Positions 1 through 11,830 of a stretch of 64,000 bases of DNA are shown piece by piece. Source of the DNA: Scyliorhinus canicula (Eukaryota); contig NW_024055654.1 of NCBI RefSeq assembly GCF_902713615.1, positions 248,001 through 312,000 of the forward strand, in the 5' to 3' direction. Position 1 is the stretch's first letter. Each line of letters starts with the position of its first letter. The position numbers and the translations under genes were made by a program. Below the pieces are notes generated by a model. That model had not been told where the DNA came from. It made no database searches and saw only the letters and a list, made by a program, of their open reading frames with translations.

Positions 1-292
1 GGGAAAGCAGCACCCTCTCCCTCCAGAGAGTAAGGAAGTGAATCCGAACCGTGTCCCTGGGAAAGGGTGCTCCCTGCCCGCCAAAGAATAAGGGAGCGAA
101 TCTGAACCGTTTCCCGGAAAAGGAGCACCGTCGGGACCAGCCCTCCGCCCTTCCCACAGGGACCAGGGCCGATGGGGTCCTAGCCGCAAACCACCCATCA
201 AGGAAGCCCCCAAAGCCGGCCTGCCTTTCAAATTGGCCTGTGGGGACATATATTATACCCGCCTCCATTCATGAAAGTCAATTAGAGCGGGC

Positions 293-366
293 AATCAATA
301 ACCAGTGGCTCTGTGTGCAGCAAATCATTAACCAGTGGCTCTGTGCGGCAAATCATTAACCAGTGG
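293..366. repeat. short tandem repeat, ~2.5 x 28-30 bp (AATCATTAACCAGTGGCTCTGTG..GC)
   Basis: Direct repeats read from the sequence. Confidence 0.8.
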
Positions 367-454
367 GGACGGGTTTACATTAGACTTTTCCACTGACTCT
401 GATGGATTGCAGTTTGACTTTACGAATGTCCAGTTGCTACATCCTCACTAATGC

Positions 455-618
455 GGGGGTGTTTTGCACAGGGCTAAATCGCTGGCTTTGAAAGCAGGCC
501 AGCAGCACGGTTCGATTCCCGTTACAGCCTTCCCAAACAGGCGCCGCAATGTGGCGACTAGGGGTTTTTCACAGTAACTTCATTTGAAGCCTACTTATGA
601 CAATAAGCGATTTTCATT
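455..618 (+). mobile_element. short tRNA-derived SINE (tail type D, ...TTTTCACAGTAACTTCAT...GACAATAAGCGATTTTCATT)
   Basis: B-box-like GGTTCGATTCC. Homologous copies on the minus strand at 24824-25145, 30177-30340 and 60996-61168. Confidence 0.75.
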
Positions 619-779
619 AATGGATCCAAGTTTCCCAACAACAGTTTTTAAACTAACTAGGTTTCTAGTTTCTGCCTTTTGGAACAGGAGAGGTTACATT
701 AGACTTGCCCACTAATGCAGTGACATTGTCACTGGGTCCGTGTCTCCCTCCCCTGGTCTCTATGATGTTGTTTATGGAG

Positions 780-1325
780 AGAAGCCGGAAGTGACGGACT
801 GTGAGAGTGGAGACTGTTCATTGTTCGGCTCTGGGGCCGCACTGGGGTTTGTAAACCCCGCCCCCCGACAGACCTCTCGCCTGACACCTCACAATGCGCG
901 AAGTGATTGACGGCAGCACTGACCAATAGGCAAAGAATAAGTTGGAACGGAGGACCTGTGGGGAGTCAGGAGTCCTCCTACCAATCAGCGTGAATGAGGG
1001 GGCGGGACGGGGCTGAATGAAGCATGCGCAGTGTGATTAATGGCGACACAGAAAAACGTTCGTTCTCGGATCCACAATCCGTAAAGGTGGGAATGACGGG
1101 ACCGAGGGAGAGATGAATCAGGCGCGTCGTTGGACACACTACATAAATATGTGATATAAACCGAAAACCCGTAAAAATAACCTACCGGTACCGGGGGCCC
1201 TGAGCGAGGCCTGCAGCTTTCTCACAGACAGGACGATGGAGCCGCCATCTCTAGCGCGCGTTAGCGGGGTTGCGCATGCGCACCCATTAACTTTATTTGG
1301 GCACTAGCAGTGCGCACGCGCACCC
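780..1325. promoter_or_regulatory. CpG-island promoter containing a reverse-oriented copy (890-1035) of the ZNF promoter module
   Basis: ETS-like CCGGAAGTG, GC boxes, two CCAAT, NRF1-like GCATGCGCA/TGCGCATGCGCA and YY1-like GCCGCCATCT. The reverse complement aligns by eye to 24245-24395. Confidence 0.7.
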
Positions 1326-1334
1326 ACCATTTTT

Positions 1335-1555
1335 TTTTTAAATTTAGATTAGCCAATTATTTTTTCCAATTAAGGGGCAATTTAGTGTGGCCAATCCACC
1401 TACTCTGCACATTTTTGGGTTGTGGGGGCGAAACCCACACAGACACGGGGAGAATGTGCAAACTCCACACGGACAGTGACCCAGAGCCGGGATCGAACCT
1501 GGGACCTCAGCGCCGTGAGGCGGTTGTGCTAACCACTAGGCCACCGTGCTGCCCC
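1335..1555 (-). mobile_element. HE1-like tRNA SINE, tail type C (poly-A), 16-bp TSD
   Basis: TSD CGCACCCACCATTTTT at 1319-1334 and 1556-1571. Nearly identical to the copy at 12249-12468. Confidence 0.9.
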
Positions 1556-1894
1556 CGCACCCACCATTTTTATTGGGGGCAGCAGCAGCGGAGTTCAGGC
1601 TCAGTCGCCATCATTGTTGAGGGCAACATTGAGAATTGTTTCATCGTGACAGACTGTTTCACTCTGAGTTACAAATTCCTATTTATGAGACAGAACAATG
1701 ATACATTTCCAGGGCTGTGACGATAATTCAAATTTATTTTGACAGAATAAAGTTTTTTGAGACATTTCAGAGAAATGTTACAAAATAACAATTGACACTG
1801 AGCCTCAAGAGGAGATATTAGATTTTAATAATAATCGTAATAGAGGAAAGTGAGTGAGAGAGTTGGAGATTTTTAAGGAGGAAATTCCAGAGCT

Positions 1895-2215
1895 AGTGTG
1901 GAGCATGCGCAGTGTCACTTTGCTTGGGGCCCTGTGCGTGCGGGAGACGCTTTTCTGAACGGGTGAGAGTCGGTGGGCCGGAGGGAGGAATTGAGCCGGG
2001 GTGGGGAGGGAGCCGAGGCTTCATAAACACCCAATGCAGGTCTCACAACCTCAATAGGAACCTGGAGGCCCCGGGTTTGTAACACCCAGGCTTTTCCCCA
2101 GGGAACAGGCCCAGGTGACCGGCCGCCATCTTGGATCAGTGGGGAGTGACGGGCATGCGCCGTTATGTGACGCAATAGTGTGGGCGGGGCCTCAGGGTTC
2201 CGGTGACCGGGGACA
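1895..2215 (+). promoter_or_regulatory. CpG-rich promoter or first-exon-like region upstream of the ZNF gene at 7377
   Basis: GCATGCGCAGTG and a GC box. GGAACAGGCCCAGGTGACCGGCCGCCATCTT (YY1-like) is paralogous to 62517-62552. Confidence 0.55.
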
Positions 2216-2329
2216 GTCTCCTTTGGGACCTTTCTGTTCTCAGAGCTGGATTCAGGTGGACTCAGAGGCAAAACTGGTTCAGGTGGTGATGGACATCCTG
2301 GTGCATCCTCAGTCACCGAGAGTAATTAT

Positions 2330-2610
2330 GCAACATGTCGAGGATTTGAAAGAGAGAAACATGCCCCAATTTGATGCATTTTTATTTATGAGGCATCGAG
2401 GTGTCGCCCAATTCTCAGCAACATTTGTCACTGAGCCATACATGGAGATATCAGAGCAGGTGGACAAAAGCTTGTATATAAGGTAGGTTTTAAGGAGATT
2501 CTGAAAATAGGAAAGTGAAGGAGTGAGCAGGAGAGTTTTAAGGAAGAATTTCCACAGCTTGGCTCTCAGGCAACTGAAAAAATAGGCACCAGTCATAGTG
2601 ATTAATATTG
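2330..2610 (-). mobile_element. old L2-like LINE 3' remnant
   Basis: Resembles 1740-1895 and 51400-51800. Degenerate. Confidence 0.45.
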
Positions 2611-2621
2611 CAAATGCTGAG

Positions 2622-2832
2622 TACAGCATTGTGGCGCAGTGGGTTAGCCCTGCTGCCTCACAGCGCTGAGGTCCCAGGTTCGATCCCGGCTCTGGGTCAC
2701 TCTCCGTGTAGAGTTTGCACATTCTCCCCGTGTTTTAGTGTGTTTCGTCCCCACAACCCATCTTTGGTGGATTGGCCATGCTAAATTGCCCCTTAATTGG
2801 AAAAAATTAATTGGGTACTCTAAATTTATTTT
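2622..2832 (+). mobile_element. HE1-like SINE, tail type C
   Basis: A/B boxes TGGCGCAGTGG..GGTTCGATCCC. Tail TAAATTGCCCCTTAATTGGAAAA. Confidence 0.85.
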
Positions 2833-2864
2833 TAAAGAAGCAAAAAATATTGAGACTGCTCATG

Positions 2865-3260
2865 ACCATAACATGTAAGATATAGAGCAAAGTAGGACAT
2901 TCGGCCCATCGAGTCTGCCCTGCCATTCCATGAAATGGTGGCTGATCTGATATCCTCAATTCCACTTTCCCGTCTTATCCCCATAATTCCCTTGATTCCA
3001 TTCCTTTTTTGTTTCAAAAAAAATTTAGATTACCCAATCATTTTTTCCAATTAAGGGGCAACTTAGCTTGGCCAATTCACCTACTCTGCACATTTTTGGG
3101 TTGTGGGGGCGAAACCCACGCAGACACGGGGAGAATGTGCAAACTCCACACGGACAGTGACCCAGGGCCGGGATCGAACCTAGGACCTCAGCGCCGTGAG
3201 GCGGTTGTGCTAACCACCCTTGATTCCATTCCTGATTTGCAATTGTCTATCTCAGTCTGA
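2865..3260 (-). mobile_element. CR1 3'-end fragment interrupted by a type C SINE (3006-3216, 17-bp TSD)
   Basis: CR1 tail matches 25825-25970. TSD CCCTTGATTCCATTCCT at 2989-3005 and 3217-3233. Confidence 0.8.
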
Positions 3261-3469
3261 GTCCAGAATTAGATCAGAGCAAACATCTCGGTGGCTGGAT
3301 GAGATGACAGAGATAGGGAGACACAACCCTGGAGGAAAAGGTGCTTCTTAAACAGGAAATGTTATAGGTCACTGAGCCACTGGATTAACTCAATATTACA
3401 GGGAGGTTGAATGTGGGAGGTCATCTGAGGGTGCGTTAGGATAGTTGGATCTAGAGGAAATAAGAGAAT

Positions 3470-3785
3470 GGATTGGGTAGCACAAGTCGATAGCACTGTG
3501 TCTTCACAGCACCAGAGTCCGAGCTTCGATTCCCCGCTGGGCCACTGCCTGTGCGGAGTCTGCATGTTCTCCCCGTGTCTACGTGGGTTTCCTCCGGGTG
3601 CTCCGGTTTCCTCCTACTGTCCAAAGGTGTGCATGTTAGGTGGATTGGCCATACTAAATTGCCCTTATTGTCCAAAAAGGTTAGGAGGGGTTATTGGGTT
3701 ACGGGGATAGGGTAGAAATGAGGGCTTAAGTGGGTCGGTGCAGACTCGATGGGCCGAATGGCCTCCTTCTGCACTCTATGTTCAT
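3470..3785 (+). mobile_element. HE1-like SINE, CR1-derived tail type B
   Basis: SINE body plus GCAGACTCGATGGGCCGAATGGCCTCCTTCTGCAC tail. Confidence 0.85.
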
Positions 3786-4359
3786 GTCGGCCAGACCAGG
3801 TAAGGACGGCAGATTTTCTTTTCTGTTCATTCACGGGATGTGGGTGTTGCTGGCTGGGCCAGCATTCACTGCCCAGCCCTAATTGCCCTTGAACTGAGTG
3901 AATCTTAGAGCATTTTAAGGGTCAACCAGCTGACTGGATCTGGTGTCATGTGTAGGCTAGACCAGGTAAGGATAGAAGATTTCCTTCACTGAAGGACATG
4001 AGTGAACCAGATGGGTCATTATAACAATCAACAATTGGCTGACCAAGCCACTCAGTTTAAGGGAAATTAGGGATGGGCAATAAATGTTGGCCCAGCCAGT
4101 GACTCCTACAAATCATAAAATAAAACCCTGGAGTCTCCAGTCAGTCAATCCGGGAGAGTTGGCATCCGGTCCAGGCTCGCAGCGCATGCCATCACGGTCA
4201 TCAGCAGACTTCCAATGAATTAAAATTTTACCTTCTGCCTTGGTGAGATTCATGCATGGGTCTCTGGAAAATCATTAGAACAGTAAAAAAGATTTTTGGA
4301 TCTTTGAAAAAAATAGTTGGCCCCTCGAGCCTGCTCCTACACACAAACTTGTGTGTAAG

Positions 4360-4686
4360 GGTAGCATGGTGGTTAGCGTAAATGCTTCACAGCTCCAGGG
4401 TCCCAGGTTCGGTTCCCGGCAGGGTCACTGTCTGTGTGGAGTCTGCACGTCCTCCCCGTGTGTGCGTGGGTTTCCTCCGGGTGCTCCGGTTTCCTCCCAC
4501 AGTCCAAAGATGTGCGGGTTAGGTGGATTGGACATGCTAAATTGCCCGTAGTGTCCTAAAAAGTAAGGTTAAGGGTGGGTTGTTTGGGTTACGGGTATAT
4601 GGTGGATACGTGGGTTTGAGTAGGGTGATCATTGCTCGGCACAACATCGAGGGCCGAAGGGCCTGTTCTGTGCTGTACTGTTCTAT
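4360..4686 (+). mobile_element. HE1-like SINE, CR1-derived tail type A, inserted in the 39-bp minisatellite
   Basis: Tail GGCACAACATCGAGGGCCGAAGGGCCTGTTCTGTGCTGTACTGTTCTA. AAACT duplicated at 4345-4349 and 4687-4691. Confidence 0.9.
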
Positions 4687-6298
4687 AAACTACGAGTCGG
4701 CCCCTCGAGTCTGCTCCTAACACACAAACTGGGAGTCGGCCCCTCGAGCCTGCTCCTAACACACAAACTAAGAGTCGGCCCCTCGAGTCTGCTCCTTACA
4801 CATAAACTGGGAGTCGGCCCCTCGAGCCTGCTCCTTACACACAAACTGGGAGTCGGCCCCTCGAGCCTGCTCCTAACACACAAACTAAGAGTCGGCCCCT
4901 CGAGTCTGCTCCTTACACATAAACTGGGAGTCGGCCCCTCGAGCCTGCTCCTTACATGCAGGCTAGGAGTCGGCCCCTCGAGCCTGCTCCTTACATACAA
5001 ACTAGGAGTCGGCCCCTCGAGCCTGCTCCTTACATACAAACTAGGAGTCGGCCCCTCGAGCCTGCTCCTTACACACAAACTAGGAGTCGGCCCCTCGAGC
5101 CTGCTCCTTACACACAAACTAGGAGTCGGCCCCTCGAGCCTGCTCCTTACATGCAGGCTAGGAGTCGGCCCCTCGAGCCTGCTCCTTAATACAAACTAGG
5201 AGTCAGCCCCTCGAGCCTGCTCCTTACATACAAACTAGGAGTCGGCCCCTCGAGCCTGCTCCTTACACACAAACTAGGAGTCGGCCCCTCGAGCCTGCTC
5301 CTTACATGCAGGCTAGGAGTCGGCCCCTCGAGCCTGCTCCTTAATACAAACTAGGAGTCACCGCCTCGAGCCTGCTCCTTACACACAAACTAGGAGTCAC
5401 CGCCTCGAGCCTGCTCCTTACACACAAACTAGGAGTCAGCCCCCCGAGCCTGCTCCTTACACACAGACTAGGAGTCGGCCCCTCGAACCTGCTCCTTACA
5501 TGCAGGCTAGGAGTCGGCCCCACGAGCCTGCTCCTTACATACAAACTAGGAGTCGGCCCCTCGAGCCAGCTCCTTACACACAAACTAGGAGTTGGCCCCT
5601 CGAGCCGGCTCCTTACACACAGACTAGGAGTCGGCCCCTCGAGCCTGCTCCTTACACACAGACTAGGAGTCGGCCCCTCGAGCCTGCTCCTTACATACAA
5701 ACTAGGAGTCGGCCCCACGAGCCTGCTCCTTACACACAAACTAGGAGCCGTCCCCTCGAGCCTGCTCCTTACACACAGACTAGGAGTCGGCCCCACGAGC
5801 CTGCTCCTTACATACAAACTAGGAGTCGGCCCCACGAGCCTGCTCCTTACATACAAACTAGGAGTCGGTCCCTCGAGCCTGCTCCTTACATACAAACTGG
5901 GAGTCGGCCCCACGAGCCTGCTCCTTACACACAAACTCGGAGTCGGCCCCTCGAGTCTGCTCCTTACACACAAACTAGGAGTCGGTCCCTCGAGCCTGCT
6001 CCTTACACACAAACTACGAGTCGGCCCCTCGAGCCTGCTCCTTACACACAAACTAAGAGTCGGCCCCTCGAGTCTGCTCCTTACACACAAACTAGGAGTC
6101 GGTTCCTCACGCGTGCTCCTTACATACAAACTAGGAGTCGGCCTCTCGAGCCTGCTCCTTACGCACAAACTAGGAGTCGGCCCCTCGAGCCTGCCCCTTA
6201 CATACAAACTAGGAGTCGGCCCCTCGAGCCTGCTCCTTACACACAAACTAGGAGTCGGCCCCTCAAGCCTGCTCCTTACATACAAACTAGGAGTCGGC
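4687..6298. repeat. 39-bp minisatellite, ~41 units (AGGAGTCGGCCCCTCGAGCCTGCTCCTTACACACAAACT)
   Basis: Direct tandem repeats, giving 13-aa periodic ORFs on both strands. One extra unit at 4315-4349. Confidence 0.97.
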
Positions 6299-6394
6299 CA
6301 CTCAGCCCCTCAGGCCTGCTCCACTATTCAATGAGATTATGGCTCATCTAATTTTCAAAAATAAATTTTGATTACCTATTTTATTTTCCATTTT

Positions 6395-6627
6395 TTTCCC
6401 TTTAAATACAGAGTTGCCAATTCTTTTCTTTTCCCAATTAAGAGACAATTTATAAAGGCCAATTCACTTAACTTGTTCTTGGACTGTTGGAGGAAATCTG
6501 AGCACCGGGTGGAAACCCACGCAGACACAGGGAGAAAGTGCAAACTCCACACAGACAGTCACCAAGGCCGGAATTGAACCCAGGTCCCTGGCACTGTGAG
6601 GCAGCAGTGCCAACCACTGTGCCACCA
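6395..6627 (-). mobile_element. older HE1-like SINE (type C-like tail)
   Basis: Degenerate SINE body and head. Confidence 0.7.
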
Positions 6628-6810
6628 GAAGCATAGTTTCAGTCTCAATATTACTGTTTATGAAGGTCAAGATCGCATTTGCTTTGCCAACTTCTCTCGT
6701 AATATGTCTTGTAGATATACAAAATCCCTCTTTACCCCTTTCTCCTCCCAAAGAGGCCAGTTGGGTTTTTATGACAATCCAGCAGTTTTCATGGCCTTTA
6801 TCCCTTGTTT

Positions 6811-7154
6811 CATAGAACATGGAACAGTACAGCACAGAACAGGCCCTTCGGCCCTCAATGTTGTGCCGAGCCATGATCACCCTACTCAAACCCACGTATC
6901 CACCCTATACCCGTAACCCAACAACCCCCCCCTTAACCTTACATTTTAGGACACTACGGGCAATTTAGCATGGCCAATCCACCTAACCCGCACATCTTTC
7001 GACTGTGGGAGGAAACCGGAGCACCCGGAGGAAACCCACGCACACACGGGGAGGACATGCAGACTCCGCACAGACAGTGACCCAGCCGGGAATCGAACCT
7101 GGGACCCTGGAGCTGTGAAGCATTTATGCTAACAACCATGCTACCGTGCTGCCC
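6811..7154 (-). mobile_element. HE1-like SINE, tail type A, in ZNF intron
   Basis: Reverse complement of 4360-4686. Splits the conserved class-1 intron block. Confidence 0.9.
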
Positions 7155-7376
7155 TAATGACCGGCTCCACAAATGACCAGATTCATTCAGCTCAATTTCA
7201 CAACCTGCCTTTGTGTTTTTGTGGGTTCTCTCTCACTCCCTATTTTCTGTTTTAAATCAGTTTCACAGGGTGTTCGAAGGGGAGGCTTCAAAGTCCAGAA
7301 ACTCAAATCAAGCATCACATCAGGATCTGACAGAGTCCTCAATTTATCAGATCCTGAATATCATGGGATTTTGAAC

Positions 7377-8234
7377 ATGGAAGCAAAAAGCATTGTTCAC
7401 AGTGGGGAGAAACCGTACACGTGTTGTGTGTGTGGACGAGGATTCACTCAACCATCAAGCCTCACAAGCCACAAATGCAGTCACACTGAGGAGAAACCGT
7501 GGAAATGTGCGGACTGTGGCAAAGGATTCACTTCCCCATCCAAGCTGGAAACTCATCGACGCAGTCACACTGGGGAGCGACCGTTCACCTGCTCCAAATG
7601 TGGGAAGGGATTCACTCAGTCATCCTCACTGTCCACACACCAGCGAGTTCACTCCAGGGAGAGACCATTCACCTGCTCCGAGTGTGGGAAGGGATTTACT
7701 ATTTCAGCCCACTTGCTGAGTCACCAGCGAGTTCACACTGATGAGAGACCGTTTCAGTGTCCAGACTGCGGGAAGTGCTATAAAAGTTCTGGGGAACTGA
7801 TGCGCCATCAACGTGTTCACACTGACGAGAGACCGTTTAGGTGCTCTCACTGCGGGACTGGGTTCAGGCGATCATCTGACCTCACTGTACATCAGCGAAT
7901 TCACACAGGGGTGAGGCCATTCACCTGCGCCAAGTGTGGGAAAGGATTCACTCAGTCATCCGATCTGCAGAAGCACCAGCGAATTCACACTGGGGAGAGG
8001 GCATTTACCTGCTCCAAATGTGGGAAGGGATTTACTACATCATCCATCTTGCTGGCACACCAGCGAGTTCACACAAACAAGAAAACTTTTAAATGTCCAG
8101 ACTGTGAGAAAGGCTACAAAAGTTCTGAGAAACTGATGCTCCATCAACGTGTTCACACTGACGAGAGACCGTTCAGGTGCTCTCACTGTGGGACTGGGTT
8201 CAGGCGAACATCTCAACTCGCTGCACACCAGTGA
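7377..8234 (+). CDS. class-1 tandem C2H2 zinc-finger protein; 9 complete fingers, premature TGA in finger 10 (ancestral ORF to TAA 8498, 13 fingers)
   Basis: CxxC-x12-HxxxH repeats with TGERP/TDERP linkers. Splice acceptor TTTCACAG at 7268 and ATG at 7377. Three more in-frame fingers follow the stop. Confidence 0.85.
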   Translation: MEAKSIVHSGEKPYTCCVCGRGFTQPSSLTSHKCSHTEEKPWKCADCGKGFTSPSKLETHRRSHTGERPFTCSKCGKGFTQSSSLSTHQRVHSRERPFTCSECGKGFTISAHLLSHQRVHTDERPFQCPDCGKCYKSSGELMRHQRVHTDERPFRCSHCGTGFRRSSDLTVHQRIHTGVRPFTCAKCGKGFTQSSDLQKHQRIHTGERAFTCSKCGKGFTTSSILLAHQRVHTNKKTFKCPDCEKGYKSSEKLMLHQRVHTDERPFRCSHCGTGFRRTSQLAAHQ

Positions 8235-8819
8235 GTTCACACTGACAAGAGACCTTTCAAATGTCCAGACTGTGGAAAGTGCTTTAAAAGTTCTGGGGAA
8301 CTGACCCGTCACCAACGTGTTCACACTGAGGAGAAACCATTCAGGTGCTCTCACTGTGGGACTGGGTTTGTGCGATCATCTCAACTCACTGTACATCAGC
8401 GAATTCACACTGGGGAGAGGCCATTCCCCTGCTCCGAGTGTGGGAAGGGATTCACCACTTCATCCCACCTACTGAGACACCAATGTGGCCACAAGTAACC
8501 ACAGTGATTAGATTTTGCGATGTTCAGTTGGGTCTTTTTCTGCTGATAAATTCAAGCCCATTTACAGGGGCTAATATACTGGCTAAAAGTCAAATAAATT
8601 AGATTTGTGTGAAATACGCAGTGTGCTGAACCTTTTTAATATCTCTAACACAAGTCAGTCCCTTTTGAAGTACTCTCGTTCTCCCCTGTCTCTTCCATCC
8701 TCCCCTCCAACAAGAAGTGGGAGGAGCTGGTGGAGCTTCTTTGTGACTGAGATTAAGTAAATCTGATCAGCTGCCTCTGCTGCTTCCCTCCCTTCCATGA
8801 GCCTCTAATTTTCCTCATT

Positions 8820-10690
8820 GAGTGGTGAACCCTGAGGGCGAGAGGTCTGGATGGTGAGGAATTTGTTAACTGTGTCCAAGATGGTTTTTTTTGGAACAAT
8901 ATGTGGATAGTCCGACTAGATAGGAGTCTATATTGGACCTAATACTAGGGAACGAGCCCGGCCATGTCATCAAAGTTGTAGTAGGCGAACATGTGGCGAA
9001 CAGTGACCACAATTCCGTAAGCTTTGGGATATTCATGGAAAAGGACGAGTGTTGTCCTCGGGTTAAGGTGCTAAATTGGGATAAGCCTAACTACAACCAG
9101 ATTCGGCCGGATTTCGTGGCTGTTGTTTGGGAGAGGCTGTTTGAGGGGAAATCCATATTTGACATGTGGGAGTCTCTTAAGGAGCAGTTGATGGGAATGC
9201 AGAACAGGCATGTGCCGGTAAAAAGGAAGGACAGGAAAGGCAGGGTTCGGGAACCATGGATGACCAGGGAAATTGAGAATCTGGTCAAAATGAAAAAGAT
9301 GCATATGTTACGTAAACGCAACTAAAAACAGATGAAGCACTTGAGGAATAGAAGGAAAGTAGAAAATAGCTCAAGCTGTGAGTTAGGTGGGCAAAAAGGG
9401 GTCACAAAGTGTCCTTGGCAGATAGGATTAAGGAGAATCCCAAGGTATTTTATACGTATATTAGGAACAAAAGGGTAGCTGGAGAAAGAGTTGGTCCACT
9501 CCAGGACAAAGGAGGGAAATTATGGTGTAGAACCAAAGGAAGGAGGTGAAGTCCTTAATGAGTATTTTGCATCGGTATTCACAATGGAGAGGGACACGTT
9601 GATTGGTGGTGTCTCAGAGGGATGTGTAAAAACTTTTGAACAAGTCATTATTTCGAGGGAGGAAGTGTTTGTTAAAAAGCATTAAGGTAGACAAATCCCC
9701 ATGGCCAGGTGGCATCTATCCCAGATTACTGAGGGAGAAAAGAGAGGAAATCGCTGGGCCTCTAACATAAATCTTTGTCTCCTTATTGGCCACAGGTGAG
9801 ATCCCAGATGATTGGAGGGTAGCCAATGTTGTGCCGTTATTTAAGAAGGGTTGCAAGGATAATGTGGGTAATTATAGCCAGTGAGGTTGACGTCAGTGAT
9901 AGTGAAATTGTTGGAAAAGATTCTCAGAGATAGGATCTATGCACATTTGGAAGTGAATGGTCTTATTAGTGACAGACAGCATGGTTTTGTGCAAGGGGGG
10001 TCATGTCTCACTTGATTGAATTTTTTGAGGAGGTGACAAAATGATTGACGAGGGAAGGGCTGTGGATGTCCACATGGACTTTAGTAAAGCATTTGATAAG
10101 GTCCCTCATGGCAGGCTGGTGCAAAAGATTAGATCAAATGGGGTCAGGGGTGAACTAGTTGGATGGATCCAGAACTCACTTAGCCATAGAAGACAGAGGG
10201 TAGCAGTGAAAGGGTGTTTTTCCAAATGGAGGTCTGTCACGAGTGGTGTTCTGCAGGGATCAGTTCTGGGACCTCTGCTCTTTGTAATATATATAAATGA
10301 TTTAGTAAAAAACGTAGCGGGTCTGATTAGCAAGTTTGCGGATGGTACTAAGATTGCAGGAGTTGTGGATAGTGATGAAGATTGTCAGAGAATACAACAG
10401 GATATAGATAGGCTGCAAAATTGGCCGTGGAAATGGCAGATGGAATTTAACCCAGACAAATGCGAGGTGATGCATTTTGGTCGATCCAATTCAGGTGGGA
10501 GCTATAAAATAAATGGCAGAACCATCAGGTGCATAGATACACAGAGAGAGCTGGGTGTATAGGACCACAGATCCTTAAAAATGACAGCACAGGTGGAAAT
10601 GGTGGTAAAGAAAGCATATGGCATGCTTGCCTTCATAGGACGGGTATAGAATATAAAAGCTTGGAAATTATGTTACAGTTATATAGAACT
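8820..10690 (+). mobile_element. degenerate CR1 LINE ORF2 fragment (end of the APE endonuclease plus RT), 3'-truncated
   Basis: LDLILGNEP..SDHN, DFSKAFDKVPH, GVLQGSVLGP and KFADGTK motifs, with frameshifts and stops. Confidence 0.9.
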
Positions 10691-10999
10691 CATCCACACA
10701 CCGAACACGTGTATGGTTTCTCCCCGCTGTGAACGGTGCAATGTTTTTTCAGGCTGTGTAACTGGTTAAAGCTCTGTCCACAGTCAGTTCACTGGAACAC
10801 TCTGACTCGAGGAGTCTGTGTCGCGGTGCTTTTCCAGTCACACTGATGTCTGAAATCTTTTCCCACAAACAGTACAGAGAAACATTTCTCCTTCCACATT
10901 CAAAGGCCGATGATATTCAGGTTCTAAAAAATTGAGTGACTGTCAGATTTCGATATTTGGTTTCAGTTTTCTGTCGGCCAATGCTCCACTTCCAATATC
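10691..10999 (-). pseudogene. 5' remnant of a class-2 ZNF coding exon (leader only, finger array deleted)
   Basis: Reverse complement reads ..[52 protein letters not shown] and then abuts CR1. Acceptor at 11000-11002. Confidence 0.8.
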
Positions 11000-11284
11000 C
11001 TGTAAAAGGAGTTTATAAAAGCCATCACTGTCAGTCCAGATTAGAAATTCTGAACAGGCAATTCTAGTTTCTCTGGAACATTTGTTACTCTCTTGTTCCC
11101 CCAAAGCTGTAAATCCCCATCCTACACACTCTCCCTCCTCCCTGGGCTGAAATCCAAACCCATCTGCACCATTTCTTTCCTCCACTCCCAGTTTTCTCCC
11201 TCCCTCTCCTCTGCCTGGGTTCAGTTCTCCAGCTCCTGTCTGCAGACTGACAATAAAATCAATGGGTCTTATTGGGGGGTCCAG

Positions 11285-11540
11285 CTTCATACCCGCACTG
11301 CGCATGCTCCAATCCAAAATGGCTGTGGAGTAATGGGTGGCAGCTCCGGACCAATAGGAAGCTAGTAATCAAGGTCTGGATTTTCCGTGGCAACCAGCCA
11401 CCATCTTGGGACAGGAAGGCGAATGTTTCATTCAGAGATTGAGTGCTGGGGGTGGCCATCTTGGTATGGGTAGAGGGAGTGGGCGGGACTTCCTCCCGGG
11501 TCACCCGGTGGCTGCCGCCATCTTGTGGCGGGATTTTCTA
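11285..11540 (-). promoter_or_regulatory. promoter-like region of the ZNF remnant
   Basis: NRF1-like TGCGCATGC, CCAAT, three YY1-like CCATCTT motifs and a GC box. Confidence 0.55.
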
Positions 11541-11674
11541 TCCGGGTCTTTAGTGAAGGACAATGAGCTGGAGCTGAGGTTGCAAAGTGTTCAGAGGAAG
11601 GTCTGAAATCAGATTTACAGCCAGATATCTGTAAGAACCACAAAGTTCACATTCATTATGTTTGTCAAATTAAA

Positions 11675-11830
11675 CCACAATGCTGCAAACTCTCACTTCT
11701 GAAGAAGAATCAGATTGCATTGGAAATGTTAACTCTCTTTCTCTCTCTTCACAGAAGCTGCCAAACCTGCTGAGGATTTCCACAACTTTCTGTTTTCACT
11801 TCGCATTTCCAGCTTCTGCAGTGTTTTACT
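11675..11830 (+). mobile_element. Penelope-like terminal repeat fragment
   Basis: CTGAAGA..GAAA.GTTAACTC..CACAGA.GCTGCC..ACCTGCTGAG. Similar to 60920-61225. Confidence 0.5.

Noticed and set aside
4683-6351. 13-aa repeat proteins on both strands; CRISPR-like appearance
   Set aside because: The 39-bp unit is a multiple of three. Units are contiguous with no unique spacers, there are no cas genes, and the DNA is vertebrate.
7173-7376. N-terminal extensions in the ORF track ([11 protein letters not shown].., also 38903-38989)
   Set aside because: They cross the polypyrimidine tract and acceptor, so they are intron sequence. The 38249-38989 ORF is a chance fusion of intron and CR1.
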